A stretch of 64,000 bases of DNA from Rhodospirillales bacterium (GTDB lineage Bacteria; Pseudomonadota; Alphaproteobacteria; Rhodospirillales; CAMCUA01). The stretch is from positions 263,184 through 327,183 of the forward strand of contig CBDFHV010000084.1 of NCBI GenBank assembly GCA_965247705.1, in the 5' to 3' direction. Shown here piece after piece: positions 28,080 to 36,922 of the stretch. The notes beneath the pieces are model-generated. The model searched no databases. It saw nothing but the letters and a program-made list of their open reading frames with translations, and had not been told where the DNA came from. Position 1 is the first letter of the stretch, and each line of letters opens with the position of its first letter. A program made the translations under genes and the position numbers.

Positions 28080-28262
28080 GGGCCGGGTCCGGGAGCGGGG
28101 ATCAGTTCCCGGAAATCTCGGCGATCTTCTGGTCGGTATTGTACTGACTCAGGGCATAGGCGGCCCAGATCGCCGCCGGCACCCAACCGATCAGGGTGAT
28201 CTGAAGGATCAAACAAATAATACCGACTGTAGCGCACCCGGTTCCTTGGACACAAGTTTGTC

Positions 28263-29168
28263 TCACGCGGCGGGCCTGATTGAGATCGCGGCGTGCCACG
28301 CCTGACGAGCTTGAGCGGGGCTCAGGCAGCCGTTCTTTTCGACGATCCACTGGGCATTGTAGAGTTCGACGAAGTCGCGGACGGCGTCCCGCAGCTCCGC
28401 GATGTTGCGGTAGATGCGACCATGGATGATCTGTTCCTTCAGCGTGCGATTGAACCGCTCGGCGACGCCGTTGGTCTGGGGCTCGGCGACGAAGGCGTAG
28501 GACGGCTGGATGCCCCAGAACTTGATCTGGTTGGTGAAGTGGTCCGACAGATACTGGGAGCCGTGATCCATCCGCAAGGCCAGCCCCCGAGCCGCGCCGG
28601 CCGCGGTCGAGCCATACAGCCCGGCAAGCCCCATGGAGATCGGCTGCAGGGCGGCGAAGCGGTCGCCGCGCTTGCAGACATGCCAGCCGACACACTCGGC
28701 GTTCCAATGCTCGACGGCGGTGAAGATCCAGCCCCAGCCGTCGTCCACCGTGAACACCCGAACGCCATCGGTGCCCCACATGAGGTTCGGGGCATGAGTG
28801 ATGATCTCACCGTCATGGGGATTGCCGCCACGGCGGCGGCAGCGATGGGGCGAGAGCAGATTGTTCTCGCGCATCAGGCGGAGCACCCGCTTGCGGGCAA
28901 CCCGGATGTCGCGACAGACCCGAAGCCGAGCCCAGACCTTGCGGTAGCCCTCGCCCTCCCGGGGCGATGCCTCCAGGTCGGCTTCGATCGCCACCAGCAG
29001 CGCCTGGTCCGAGATCGCGGGCTTCGGTCCCCGACGCTTTGCCGGCGGCTGCTCGGCGTGCTGGCCGGAGGTCACGGCGTAGAACGAGGAGCGGGCCATG
29101 CCCCAGGCGGCGCAGACCCGCCGCAGGCCGTAGGCCAGACCCGTGCCGGGCGAGGTGGCGGCACTCAT
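28263..29168 (-). CDS. IS3-family transposase OrfB (DDE/rve integrase core)
   Basis: 301 aa; WGTDGVRV, MDHGSQY, TNGVAERFNRTLK motifs; ATGA overlap with orfA. Confidence 0.85.
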   Translation of the reverse strand: MSAATSPGTGLAYGLRRVCAAWGMARSSFYAVTSGQHAEQPPAKRRGPKPAISDQALLVAIEADLEASPREGEGYRKVWARLRVCRDIRVARKRVLRLMRENNLLSPHRCRRRGGNPHDGEIITHAPNLMWGTDGVRVFTVDDGWGWIFTAVEHWNAECVGWHVCKRGDRFAALQPISMGLAGLYGSTAAGAARGLALRMDHGSQYLSDHFTNQIKFWGIQPSYAFVAEPQTNGVAERFNRTLKEQIIHGRIYRNIAELRDAVRDFVELYNAQWIVEKNGCLSPAQARQAWHAAISIRPAA

Positions 29169-29596
29169 CGCCGCGACCTCCGCCGCCCCAAAGGGCCGAA
29201 GGTCTCCGTCTTGGCCTCCAGCAGTTCCACCTGCATGGTCAACTCTCCGATCCGCTTCATGGCGCTATCCAGTTCCGCCTGCACCGGATCGCCCTTGCGT
29301 TGCTTGAGCGAGGCGTCGATCCCGCCGATCGCTTTCTCACGCCACTGCTCGAGCCGGAAGATCTCTACGCCCAACTGGCGCGACAGAAGTTGCACCGGCT
29401 CGTCACGCAAAAGCCGCAGAACGACCTCACGCTTGCGCGCCACCGTCCATCGCTGGCCAAGTCCCAGCGGGCCTGCCGGCAAAGCCTGTCCTGGGGAAAA
29501 CGTGGACGAGCCAAGCTCGCCCGCATTTACCACAGGCCCATCAACAGCAACTTTCTTCTCAAAATTATCGGTCATGTTCCGGTCCTCCTTGGACAC
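29165..29596 (-). CDS. IS3-family transposase OrfA (HTH plus coiled coil)
   Basis: 143 aa; a candidate -1 slippery heptamer C-CCT-TTG (29189-29195, minus strand) lies 21 nt before the orfB ATG. Confidence 0.75.
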   Translation of the reverse strand: MSKEDRNMTDNFEKKVAVDGPVVNAGELGSSTFSPGQALPAGPLGLGQRWTVARKREVVLRLLRDEPVQLLSRQLGVEIFRLEQWREKAIGGIDASLKQRKGDPVQAELDSAMKRIGELTMQVELLEAKTETFGPLGRRRSRR

Positions 29597-29813
29597 TTCG
29601 ATTAAGCCAATTCTGTGTCCAAGGAAATCGGGTCCGACTCACAAATAATACCGACGATGGGACGACCGATGGTGAAGAACAACAGCCAGGGCAAAAGAAG
29701 GGCGATCAACAGGCGCATGACCGACTCTCAGCGGTTTGGAGGTTCAGGCGGCGAGACAATAAGTCCGTTGACGACCCCTGTCATCCCACGGTTCCGTCGG
29801 CCGACGGGCGCGA

Positions 29814-30551
29814 TCAGGGGCCGCTGGCGAATTTGTAGCCGCAGCCGGGAACGGTGATGATCCATCGTGGACGCCGCGCGTCGACCTCGATTTTCTTTCG
29901 CAGGCGACTGATGAGAACGTCGATCATCCGCTCGCCTGGCGCTTCGTCGTTGAGGGCGATAGCGTCCAGGAGGCGATCGCGACTCAGCACCCGATTGGGC
30001 GCCCGAGCCAGGGCGGCGATCAGGTTGAACTCCGCCCGGGTCAACGGGATGTCCCGGCCGTCGGCGCCGGTCAGGCTGTGGGCTTCGAGATCCAGTTGCC
30101 ATTCTCCGAAGCCAATCGCCCGGCGCACGGTCCCGACGGCGGCACCGTCGCCATTGATCGATCGCTTCAGGACGTTGCGCAGCCGCAGCAACAGTTCCTC
30201 CGGATCGGCCGGTTTGGTGATGAAATCGTCGACCCCCATCTCCAGGGCGGACAACCGGTCGCCCCGGCCCTTGCGGGCGGTCAGAACGACAATCGGCACG
30301 GACGACCGGGCCCGAACCTGACGCGCCAGGGTCAGGCCATCCTCGTCGGGCAGGGTGAGGTCAAGGACGATCAGGTCCACGGAATCGGAGTCCAGGACCG
30401 CGAGCATCTCCTGCCCGCTGGCGCTCAGCGTGGTCTTGAATCCATTGCCGCCCAGATAGGCCCCGAGAAGGGCCTGAACGAAGGGGTCGTCTTCGACGAT
30501 GAGAACGTGGGGACTCACGTCGCGGACCCATGTCCGGTGAATTCGGTTCAT
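29814..30551 (-). CDS. OmpR-family response regulator (REC plus winged helix)
   Basis: HVLIVEDD, LIVLDLTLPDEDG, VVLTARK, DDFITKP; C-terminal LTRAEFNLI...RLRKKIE...I.TVPGCGYKF. Confidence 0.9.
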   Translation of the reverse strand: MNRIHRTWVRDVSPHVLIVEDDPFVQALLGAYLGGNGFKTTLSASGQEMLAVLDSDSVDLIVLDLTLPDEDGLTLARQVRARSSVPIVVLTARKGRGDRLSALEMGVDDFITKPADPEELLLRLRNVLKRSINGDGAAVGTVRRAIGFGEWQLDLEAHSLTGADGRDIPLTRAEFNLIAALARAPNRVLSRDRLLDAIALNDEAPGERMIDVLISRLRKKIEVDARRPRWIITVPGCGYKFASGP

Positions 30552-30684
30552 CGCGCCAAGGGTGTGTGCACTCTGCTCCGTCGCCGACCGTTCAGGGACC
30601 GGACGACAATTGTGACGCCTGTTCTTAACATATATTCATACGGCATACATACGTCGTTTGGAGGCGTTTTCTAGCGCCACGGCC

Positions 30685-31050
30685 TCAACCCGTCTCATGG
30701 GCCCGGCGAAGATCGGCGACAAGGGCGGTGATGAGGCGGCACTCCTGAGGCTGTGGCGCTCGCCCCGTCTTGAGAACGGCCTTGCACCGCGCCTCGATAT
30801 CGACGGCGATATCGCCCAGATAGGCGAACCCGAACGTTCCGGCCGACCCGCTAAGCGTATGCGCCAGTTCGCCAAGGGAGTGGATGGCGACGATCGCGCC
30901 GTCGGCCCCACCGTCGGCCCCACCGTCGGCCCCACCATCGAGGGGCGCGGAGGCAGCTTCAAACTCGGCGATCCGGGCGTCCAGGGATTCTTCGAACTTG
31001 CGGCGCAACGCCGCCAGACGGGCGGCAAAATTCGGCGGTATGTCAGCCAT
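30685..31050 (-). CDS. Hpt (histidine phosphotransfer) domain protein
   Basis: 121 aa; HTLSGSAGTFG phosphorelay His motif; 8-nt overlap with the upstream REC gene. Confidence 0.85.
   Translation of the reverse strand: MADIPPNFAARLAALRRKFEESLDARIAEFEAASAPLDGGADGGADGGADGAIVAIHSLGELAHTLSGSAGTFGFAYLGDIAVDIEARCKAVLKTGRAPQPQECRLITALVADLRRAHETG
30901..30936. repeat. in-frame 12-bp x 3 tandem repeat inside the Hpt gene
   Basis: GTCGGCCCCACC three times, encoding GGAD-GGAD-GGAD on the minus strand. Confidence 0.9.
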
Positions 31051-31432
31051 GGAGCGCGTTCCAGATCCGACGCAGAGAATCGGCGAGGGTCATCGGGTCG
31101 AAGGGCTTGGCGATGACGTCCACGGCGCCCAATTCCTTCATCCGCGCCACCTCGTCGGGCATTGCCTTGGCGGTGACGAACACGACGGCGGTGTCGGCGA
31201 GGGGTGGGAATTCGCGTAGAGCCGCCAGGGTGGCCTGACCGTCCATCGCCGGCATCATCGCGTCGAGGAGTATCAGATCGGGCGCGAAAAACGGCGCCTG
31301 TTCGATGGCCGCGCTTCCGGAGGCACAGGTCAGCACCTCGAACCCGCCCAGGGTTTCGAGCGACAGTCGCATGACTTCCCGGATATCGGGATCGTCCTCG
31401 ACGACGAGAACGCGGCTCATGTCCTTGATCAT
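31043..31432 (-). CDS. single-domain (CheY-like) response regulator
   Basis: 129 aa; VLVVEDD, LILLDAMMPAMDG, VFVTAK; its ATG overlaps the kinase stop (ATGA). Confidence 0.9.
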   Translation of the reverse strand: MIKDMSRVLVVEDDPDIREVMRLSLETLGGFEVLTCASGSAAIEQAPFFAPDLILLDAMMPAMDGQATLAALREFPPLADTAVVFVTAKAMPDEVARMKELGAVDVIAKPFDPMTLADSLRRIWNALHG

Positions 31433-34170
31433 GGGGACTCGTCGCTCCATGCCGGGAGGTCCACGTGAAACGTTGTCCCGTGCCCGATTTCGCTTTCGTA
31501 TCCGATAAGGCCACCGTGGCGCTCCACGATCACCTTGCAGATGGTCAAACCAAGCCCGGTTCCCGGCACCCGGGTCGAATCGGAGGTCTCGGCCTGGGCG
31601 AAGGGTTCGAACAGCCGGGGACGAAAGGCTTCTGGGATGCCCTCGCCCTTGTCGACCACGCGAACCCGAACCAGGTCCCTCTCGCAGGCGACGGTCAGCG
31701 TAACGATTCCGTTCCCGGGCGAGAACTTGGCGGCGTTGGACAGAAGATTCGTCAGAACCTGGGTCAGGCGGTCGGGGTCGCCACGGACACGGGCGTCCCC
31801 ACGGCATGTCCGGACCTTGAGGGTCACCCCGAACTGTTCCGCGTAGGGGGCGTTGGCTTCCACCGCGCCAAGGATCAGGTCGTTCATGTCCACCCGCTCG
31901 AAACGAAAAGTCATCCGTCCGGAACGGATCTTTTCCATGTCCAGGATGTCGTTGACCAGTTCGATGAGCCGCTTGCTGTTGCGATGGGCCACCTCCACCA
32001 GGTTGCGCGCCTGGGTCGGCAAAGGGCCGCCGACGCCGCCGCCGAGCAATCCCAGGGAACCGCTGATCGCCGTCAGGGGGGTGCGCAGTTCATGACTGAC
32101 CGTGGAGACGAAGACGTTTTTCATATCCTCGATTTTCTTGCGTTCGGTCAGATCTAAGATGGCGACGATCAGGGCCCGCTGATTGTCGAAGGTGATGATG
32201 CGCGCCGACATCAAAGCCCAGAATTCCTCGTCGTCCAGCCGCCGCATGAGGATCTCGCGGCTGACGATCTCGCGCCGTTCCTCCAGCTCGGCGATGATGG
32301 CGTCCCGGTCCGCGGGGTCGGCATAGAGCTTCCGGGCGGAGAGCTTGCCCACCAAGGAGCGGGGGATGCGGAACAGCGCCAGCGTCTGCTCGTTGGAATA
32401 CAGGAGCGTCCCGTCCGGAATCCGGCCGATGCTGACGGCGAGGGGAGCCGTCGAGGCGATGGCGCGGAACCGCTCCTCGCTCTCGGCCAGGCGAGCCTGG
32501 ACTCGATTGCGGTGAATTTCGCCGCCGATCCACTGGGCCATGAGGCGAATCAGCGAGTAATCTCCCTCGCTGAACGGCTGGTTGCGCACCGAAGGCGAGG
32601 AAAAGTTCAGGGTTCCGTACCGTTGATCGCCGACCAGGATCGGAGTCCCCAGATAGGCCTCCTGACGAAAGGTCCGGTAGCAAGGGTGATCCCGCAAGAA
32701 GGACTGCCCGACGTGATCGAATCCTCGCGGCCCGTCGCCGTCGAACACATGGACGCAATAGGTGGTGCCGAGATCGAACGCGGCCCCTGCCCGGGGTGCG
32801 TCCGCGGGCCCGTGAACGTATTCGATTCGATAGGTCTGCCCCGTGACGCGGCTGACGATGCCCAGCGGCAGACCGAAGATCTCCGAACCCAGGGCCAAGA
32901 GCCGCGACACCTTGTCCTCGAACGCGATGTCGGGGCTGGAGGTGACGGCGTAGAGGCGGCCCATGGCGTCCAAATTGCGCCGCAAGTCTTCCTCCGTTCG
33001 TTTGCGGCGGGTCACATCGATACCGGTCAGCACCCAGCCGGAGTCCGGCAGCGGACTGCATCGCAACTCGATGACGGCACCGTTGGGCCGCCGCCGCTCC
33101 ACGGAGAAGGCGCCTTCGGCGACCGTCAGATCGCGTAGGCTCGAAAAGATGAGGGCATCGGGGTCACCGGAAGGATTCAACAGTTCCCCCGCTACCGTTT
33201 GCGCGCGGAGCACCTGTTCGTAATCCGGTTTGTTCCTCAGCACCGGTTCGGCAACGCCCAAGAGTGCCGCCATGCGCGCGTTGTGAGCCACAACCCGCAG
33301 GTTCGCATCCAGCATCAGGAAACCCTGATCCATGTGATGGGACGCCGCCTCGAGGATGGCCGCCTGTTCCGACAAGGCTTCCTGGGCGTCCTTGATCTGG
33401 GTGACGTCGGTGCGAATGCTCACGCTGCCGCCATCGGCGGTCCGCCGTTCGCGGATCTGCAGCCATCCCCGGCGGCTGTGGATCAATCGCTCGCTGACGT
33501 CCTCCGACAGGTTTCGCTGGTAGTCCAGACGCTCCCGAAGCCACGTTTCCTCCCGTCCCCGGGCGGGCGGGTAGAGACCCCGCTCCAGACCGTAGCGAAT
33601 GATGTCCTCCACCCGGGAGCCGGCTACGGCGATCTCGCGCTGTTGGGGATAGAGGTCATGATAGGCGGCGTTGCAGAGAACCATCCGCATGTCGGAATCA
33701 TAGAGGCTGATGGCGCTGGGTATGACGTCGAGCAGATCCGCCAGCAGGGTGTTCGCCCGCTTCGCCTCCCGTTCGCTTCGTTCAATCCGGCTTTCGGCCT
33801 TGCGCAGCCGGGTGATCTCCACCACCGACCCCACGTAGCCGGCAAGGCGATCCCTGGAGTCGATCACGGTGGAGGCGCTGGCGTGGAGCCAGACGACTCG
33901 CCCCGTCGGCGACCGGAAACGATACTCAAGCTCGAACCGGCGACCCGCCTTCACGGCTCGGTTCCAAGCCGCGGAAACGCGGTCGCGGTCGCGGGGGTGG
34001 ATGGCCTCCACCCAGCCTTGGCCGGCGGCGGCCTCGGGCGTCATGCCGGCGTAGCGGCACCAATGGCGGTTGACCGCCAGGCAGTTCCCGTCGGGATCGG
34101 TGAGGAAAACGCCGATGGGGAGCTGGTCGACGACGTCCTCAAGGGAAATGCGTCGGCCGATATCGCGCAT
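31429..34170 (-). CDS. multi-PAS/GAF sensor histidine kinase (no receiver domain)
   Basis: several PAS-like repeats, a GAF-like segment, H-box SHELRTPLTAI, HATPase_c (DKGEGI, GTGLGL). Start set at ATG 34170 (GGAG 7 nt upstream); ATG 34185 is an alternative. Confidence 0.9.
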   Translation of the reverse strand: MRDIGRRISLEDVVDQLPIGVFLTDPDGNCLAVNRHWCRYAGMTPEAAAGQGWVEAIHPRDRDRVSAAWNRAVKAGRRFELEYRFRSPTGRVVWLHASASTVIDSRDRLAGYVGSVVEITRLRKAESRIERSEREAKRANTLLADLLDVIPSAISLYDSDMRMVLCNAAYHDLYPQQREIAVAGSRVEDIIRYGLERGLYPPARGREETWLRERLDYQRNLSEDVSERLIHSRRGWLQIRERRTADGGSVSIRTDVTQIKDAQEALSEQAAILEAASHHMDQGFLMLDANLRVVAHNARMAALLGVAEPVLRNKPDYEQVLRAQTVAGELLNPSGDPDALIFSSLRDLTVAEGAFSVERRRPNGAVIELRCSPLPDSGWVLTGIDVTRRKRTEEDLRRNLDAMGRLYAVTSSPDIAFEDKVSRLLALGSEIFGLPLGIVSRVTGQTYRIEYVHGPADAPRAGAAFDLGTTYCVHVFDGDGPRGFDHVGQSFLRDHPCYRTFRQEAYLGTPILVGDQRYGTLNFSSPSVRNQPFSEGDYSLIRLMAQWIGGEIHRNRVQARLAESEERFRAIASTAPLAVSIGRIPDGTLLYSNEQTLALFRIPRSLVGKLSARKLYADPADRDAIIAELEERREIVSREILMRRLDDEEFWALMSARIITFDNQRALIVAILDLTERKKIEDMKNVFVSTVSHELRTPLTAISGSLGLLGGGVGGPLPTQARNLVEVAHRNSKRLIELVNDILDMEKIRSGRMTFRFERVDMNDLILGAVEANAPYAEQFGVTLKVRTCRGDARVRGDPDRLTQVLTNLLSNAAKFSPGNGIVTLTVACERDLVRVRVVDKGEGIPEAFRPRLFEPFAQAETSDSTRVPGTGLGLTICKVIVERHGGLIGYESEIGHGTTFHVDLPAWSDESP

Positions 34171-34281
34171 CCGTACTCCGCTCATACCAAGGGCTTGGCG
34201 GCCCGTTTGACCACGATCCTATCATCGAACCTTTCATCGAGTTACCCGAACGGCGTGGTTCAGACCACCCGTAATTGACGG

Positions 34282-35373
34282 TCAGTCCGTCGCCAAGGCC
34301 TCGTCGATCGCCGCCTGACTCAAACCGTTGTCGCGGCCGGTGTCGAGGATGGCTTGCCATGCCTGGTCGGGAAGTGGAATGCCCCGCGCCATCCGTTCCC
34401 CGTGCAGGCGGCGTTCCTGCTCCCCGGGGATCAACACCTCTCCGCCCGCTTCGACGGGCCGGGCGGACTTGAAGAAGGCGATATATTCGTTTGCCATGGC
34501 GACGAAGGTGTCGTCCGTGTCGACCATGTCCCGGTCGACATAGAGGGACAACATGCCGTTGGCGGTGGGGCGGGCGTGGGGTCCGGCGCAGCCCGATCCC
34601 GTCAGCGCGCCGGCCAGGATCTCGCACATGAAGGCGAGGCCAGAACCCTTGTGTTCGCCCATGGCCCGAAGGGCGCCGGGCCCCTCGGAGGGGCGGTAAC
34701 GGCCTTCCGCCGCGCTATCACCGTAAAGCACCAGGGGATCGCTGGTCAGGGATCCGTCCCCGTCCACCAGGGCGCCCGGGGGCAGCGGTTTGCCGCCCCG
34801 CGCCGCGACCAGGGCCTTTCCCTCGGCCACCACCGAGGTGGCGAAATCGAGGATCAGGTGCGGCGCGCCATCCAGCGGCACGCCGATGGCCACCGGATCG
34901 GTGGACATGCGCCGGTCGATGGCGCCGAAAGGCGCCACCAGACGCGATCCGGCCACGTTGACCATATGGATGGACATCAGCCCCGCGTCCGCCGCCATCT
35001 CCGCCCAGTCGCCAATCCGTCCCAGATGTCCGGCGTTACGCAGCGCGACCATTGCGACGCCGCCATGCCGGGATTTCTCGACGCCCAGCTGAACGGCCTG
35101 GGGGCCGATGGTCTGACCGAAGCCATGGCAGCCGTCGACGACCGCCACGCCCGCCGTTTCCGAGAGGACGCGGATGCGCTGGTCCGCTACCAGGGTTCCC
35201 GCCTCCATCCATTGGGCGTAGCGGGGCACGCGGATCACCCCATGACTGTCGTGCCCGGTGAGGTTGGCGTTCACCAGACGCCAGGCCACGCCCGCCGCTT
35301 CCTCGTCCGAACAGCCCATGGTGGCGAAGATGCGCCCGACGACGCGCCTCAGGGGTTCCGCCTGCAGGATCAC
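34282..35373 (-). CDS. Ldh_2-family (malate/L-lactate dehydrogenase type 2) oxidoreductase
   Basis: 363 aa; NLTGHDSHGV, PFGA..R.STDP, HKGSGLA motifs of the Ldh_2 family. Confidence 0.85.
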   Translation of the reverse strand: MILQAEPLRRVVGRIFATMGCSDEEAAGVAWRLVNANLTGHDSHGVIRVPRYAQWMEAGTLVADQRIRVLSETAGVAVVDGCHGFGQTIGPQAVQLGVEKSRHGGVAMVALRNAGHLGRIGDWAEMAADAGLMSIHMVNVAGSRLVAPFGAIDRRMSTDPVAIGVPLDGAPHLILDFATSVVAEGKALVAARGGKPLPPGALVDGDGSLTSDPLVLYGDSAAEGRYRPSEGPGALRAMGEHKGSGLAFMCEILAGALTGSGCAGPHARPTANGMLSLYVDRDMVDTDDTFVAMANEYIAFFKSARPVEAGGEVLIPGEQERRLHGERMARGIPLPDQAWQAILDTGRDNGLSQAAIDEALATD

Positions 35374-35413
35374 AGTTCTCTCCTATCGACTGTGCAAGGA
35401 TTTCTGCCGTTGC

Positions 35414-36225
35414 CTAAGCGGGTCGTCGGGGCGCGGCGCCCAAGCCCGCATCCAGGACTCCCCCGTCGGCGACGATGTTCTGGCCCGTGCAGTAGGCGGC
35501 CGCGCTGCTCAGCAGAAAGGTCACCACGCCGGCCACATCCCGGGCCGGATCGCCCACCTGGCCCAGGGGCACCCAGGCTTTGCGCCTGGCTTTGAAGTCT
35601 TCGTCCTTATAGGCGGCTTCGGTCAGTGGCGTCCGGATAAAGCCCGGCGAGACGCAGTTGGCGCGAATGCCGTCCGTGGCCCATTCCTGGGCCATCAGCC
35701 GGGTGAGCATGACGACGCCGGCCTTGGCGACGCTGTAGGCACCCATGCCCGGATGGGGGGCGACGCCGGACAGCGAAGCCACCGTCACGATGGACCCGCC
35801 CGAGGCCTTGAGAGCGGGATGGGCGGCGGTGGCGAGCAGCCATACGGCGCGCAGGTTCACGGCGAACAGGTCGTCCCACCGGTCGAGGTCAGTATCCAGC
35901 AAGGTGCCCGGCCAGCCGAATCCGGCGTTGGCGACAAGGCCATCCAGTCCCCCGAGCGCCTCCAACGCGCCATCCACCAGGCGTTCCGACGTTCTCGGGT
36001 CGGACAGATCCCCGCGCAGGGCCACCGCTTCGCCGCCGATGTCGCGGACCGTGTCCACCGTCCCTTGAAGTTCATCCGGGTGAGAGTTGCCGCAGGCAGC
36101 GATGCGGACCGACCTTCCGACGCCAGGCGATGGCAAACGGCGCGTCCGATCCCCCGACTGGCGCCGGTCACCAGAATTCTCGGGCTGTCGCCGGGTTCCG
36201 TCACCATGGCCAAAGGGTGGGCCAT
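35414..36225 (-). pseudogene. SDR-family oxidoreductase interrupted by a frameshift
   Basis: N-terminus (ILVTGASRGIGRAVCHRLASEG) is in one frame (36225 to about 36110) and the rest (VRIAACGNSHPDELQGTV...NAGFG...YSVAKAG...) in another; the switch lies within about 36103-36126. Confidence 0.75.
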
Positions 36226-36238
36226 ACCGCGGCCGCCT

Positions 36239-36922
36239 TCAAGAGGCCGCTGCTGCCCTGCCGCGCCGGGTGCCTGCGCCCAGGACCCTGTGGGCGGCAC
36301 AGGCGGCGCCATAGCCGTTGTCGATGTTGCACACCAGCACGCCGGGGGCGCAACTGGTCAGGGCGGACATGAGCGCCGTTCGACCGCCTTCCGCGGCGCC
36401 GTACCCGGTCGAGGTGGGCACGGCGATCACCGCGCCGCCGACCAAGCCTCCGACCACCGACACCAAGGCGCCGTCCATGCCGGCGACCACGATCACCACC
36501 GGGAATTGGTCGATCGCCTGGCGGTGCTCGAGGATCCGCCACAGACCGGCGACGCCCGCGTCGGAAACCCGATGCGCCCGGTGACCCAGGTAGCGGAGGG
36601 TGCGCTCCGCCTCCCGCGCCACCGGCTCATCGGAAGTGCCCGCGGTCACGATGGCGACACGGGTCCCCGCCCGAAGACGCCCAAGTCGGCCGAGAATGGC
36701 GGTGCGAGACTCGGTGTCGTAGTCCAGGCCCGCCGCCATGTCGGGATCCAGGGTGGCGAGGGTGGTCCCGTCCAGGCGGGTGAGAAGCAGAGGCCGGCCC
36801 GCCTTGCGCGCCAGGTTCAGCAACGTCCCCACCTGATCGGCCGACTTGCCTTCGCAGAAGACGCTTTCCGGGATGCCGATGCGGGATTCCCGGTCATGAT
36901 CGAAGGTCACGGGCGCCGTCAT
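36239..36922 (-). CDS. larB: LarB, pyridinium-3,5-biscarboxylic acid mononucleotide synthase (NPN cofactor biosynthesis)
   Basis: 227 aa; AGTSDEPVA, VVAGMDGALVSVVGGLV, AVPTSTGYG, CNIDNGYGAA motifs. Confidence 0.85.
   Translation of the reverse strand: MTAPVTFDHDRESRIGIPESVFCEGKSADQVGTLLNLARKAGRPLLLTRLDGTTLATLDPDMAAGLDYDTESRTAILGRLGRLRAGTRVAIVTAGTSDEPVAREAERTLRYLGHRAHRVSDAGVAGLWRILEHRQAIDQFPVVIVVAGMDGALVSVVGGLVGGAVIAVPTSTGYGAAEGGRTALMSALTSCAPGVLVCNIDNGYGAACAAHRVLGAGTRRGRAAAAS

Larger units (their letters stand above)
28228..29640 (-). mobile_element. IS3-family insertion sequence (1413 bp)
   Basis: imperfect ~27-bp terminal inverted repeats (TGTAGCGCACCCGGTTCCTTGGACACA vs reverse complement GAGTCGGACCCGATTTCCTTGGACACA); orfA/orfB in 0/-1 frames; flanked by the 15-bp direct repeat ACAAATAATACCGAC (28213-28227, 29641-29655). 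Confidence 0.85.
28102..29718 (-). pseudogene. 62-codon two-TM small membrane protein gene split by the IS element
   Basis: 5' fragment 29641-29718 (MRLLIALLLPWLLFFTIGRPIVGIIC) and 3' fragment 28102-28227 (VGIICLILQITLIGWVPAAIWAAYALSQYNTDQKIAEISGN*) join in frame once the IS and one 15-bp repeat copy are removed. Confidence 0.75.
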
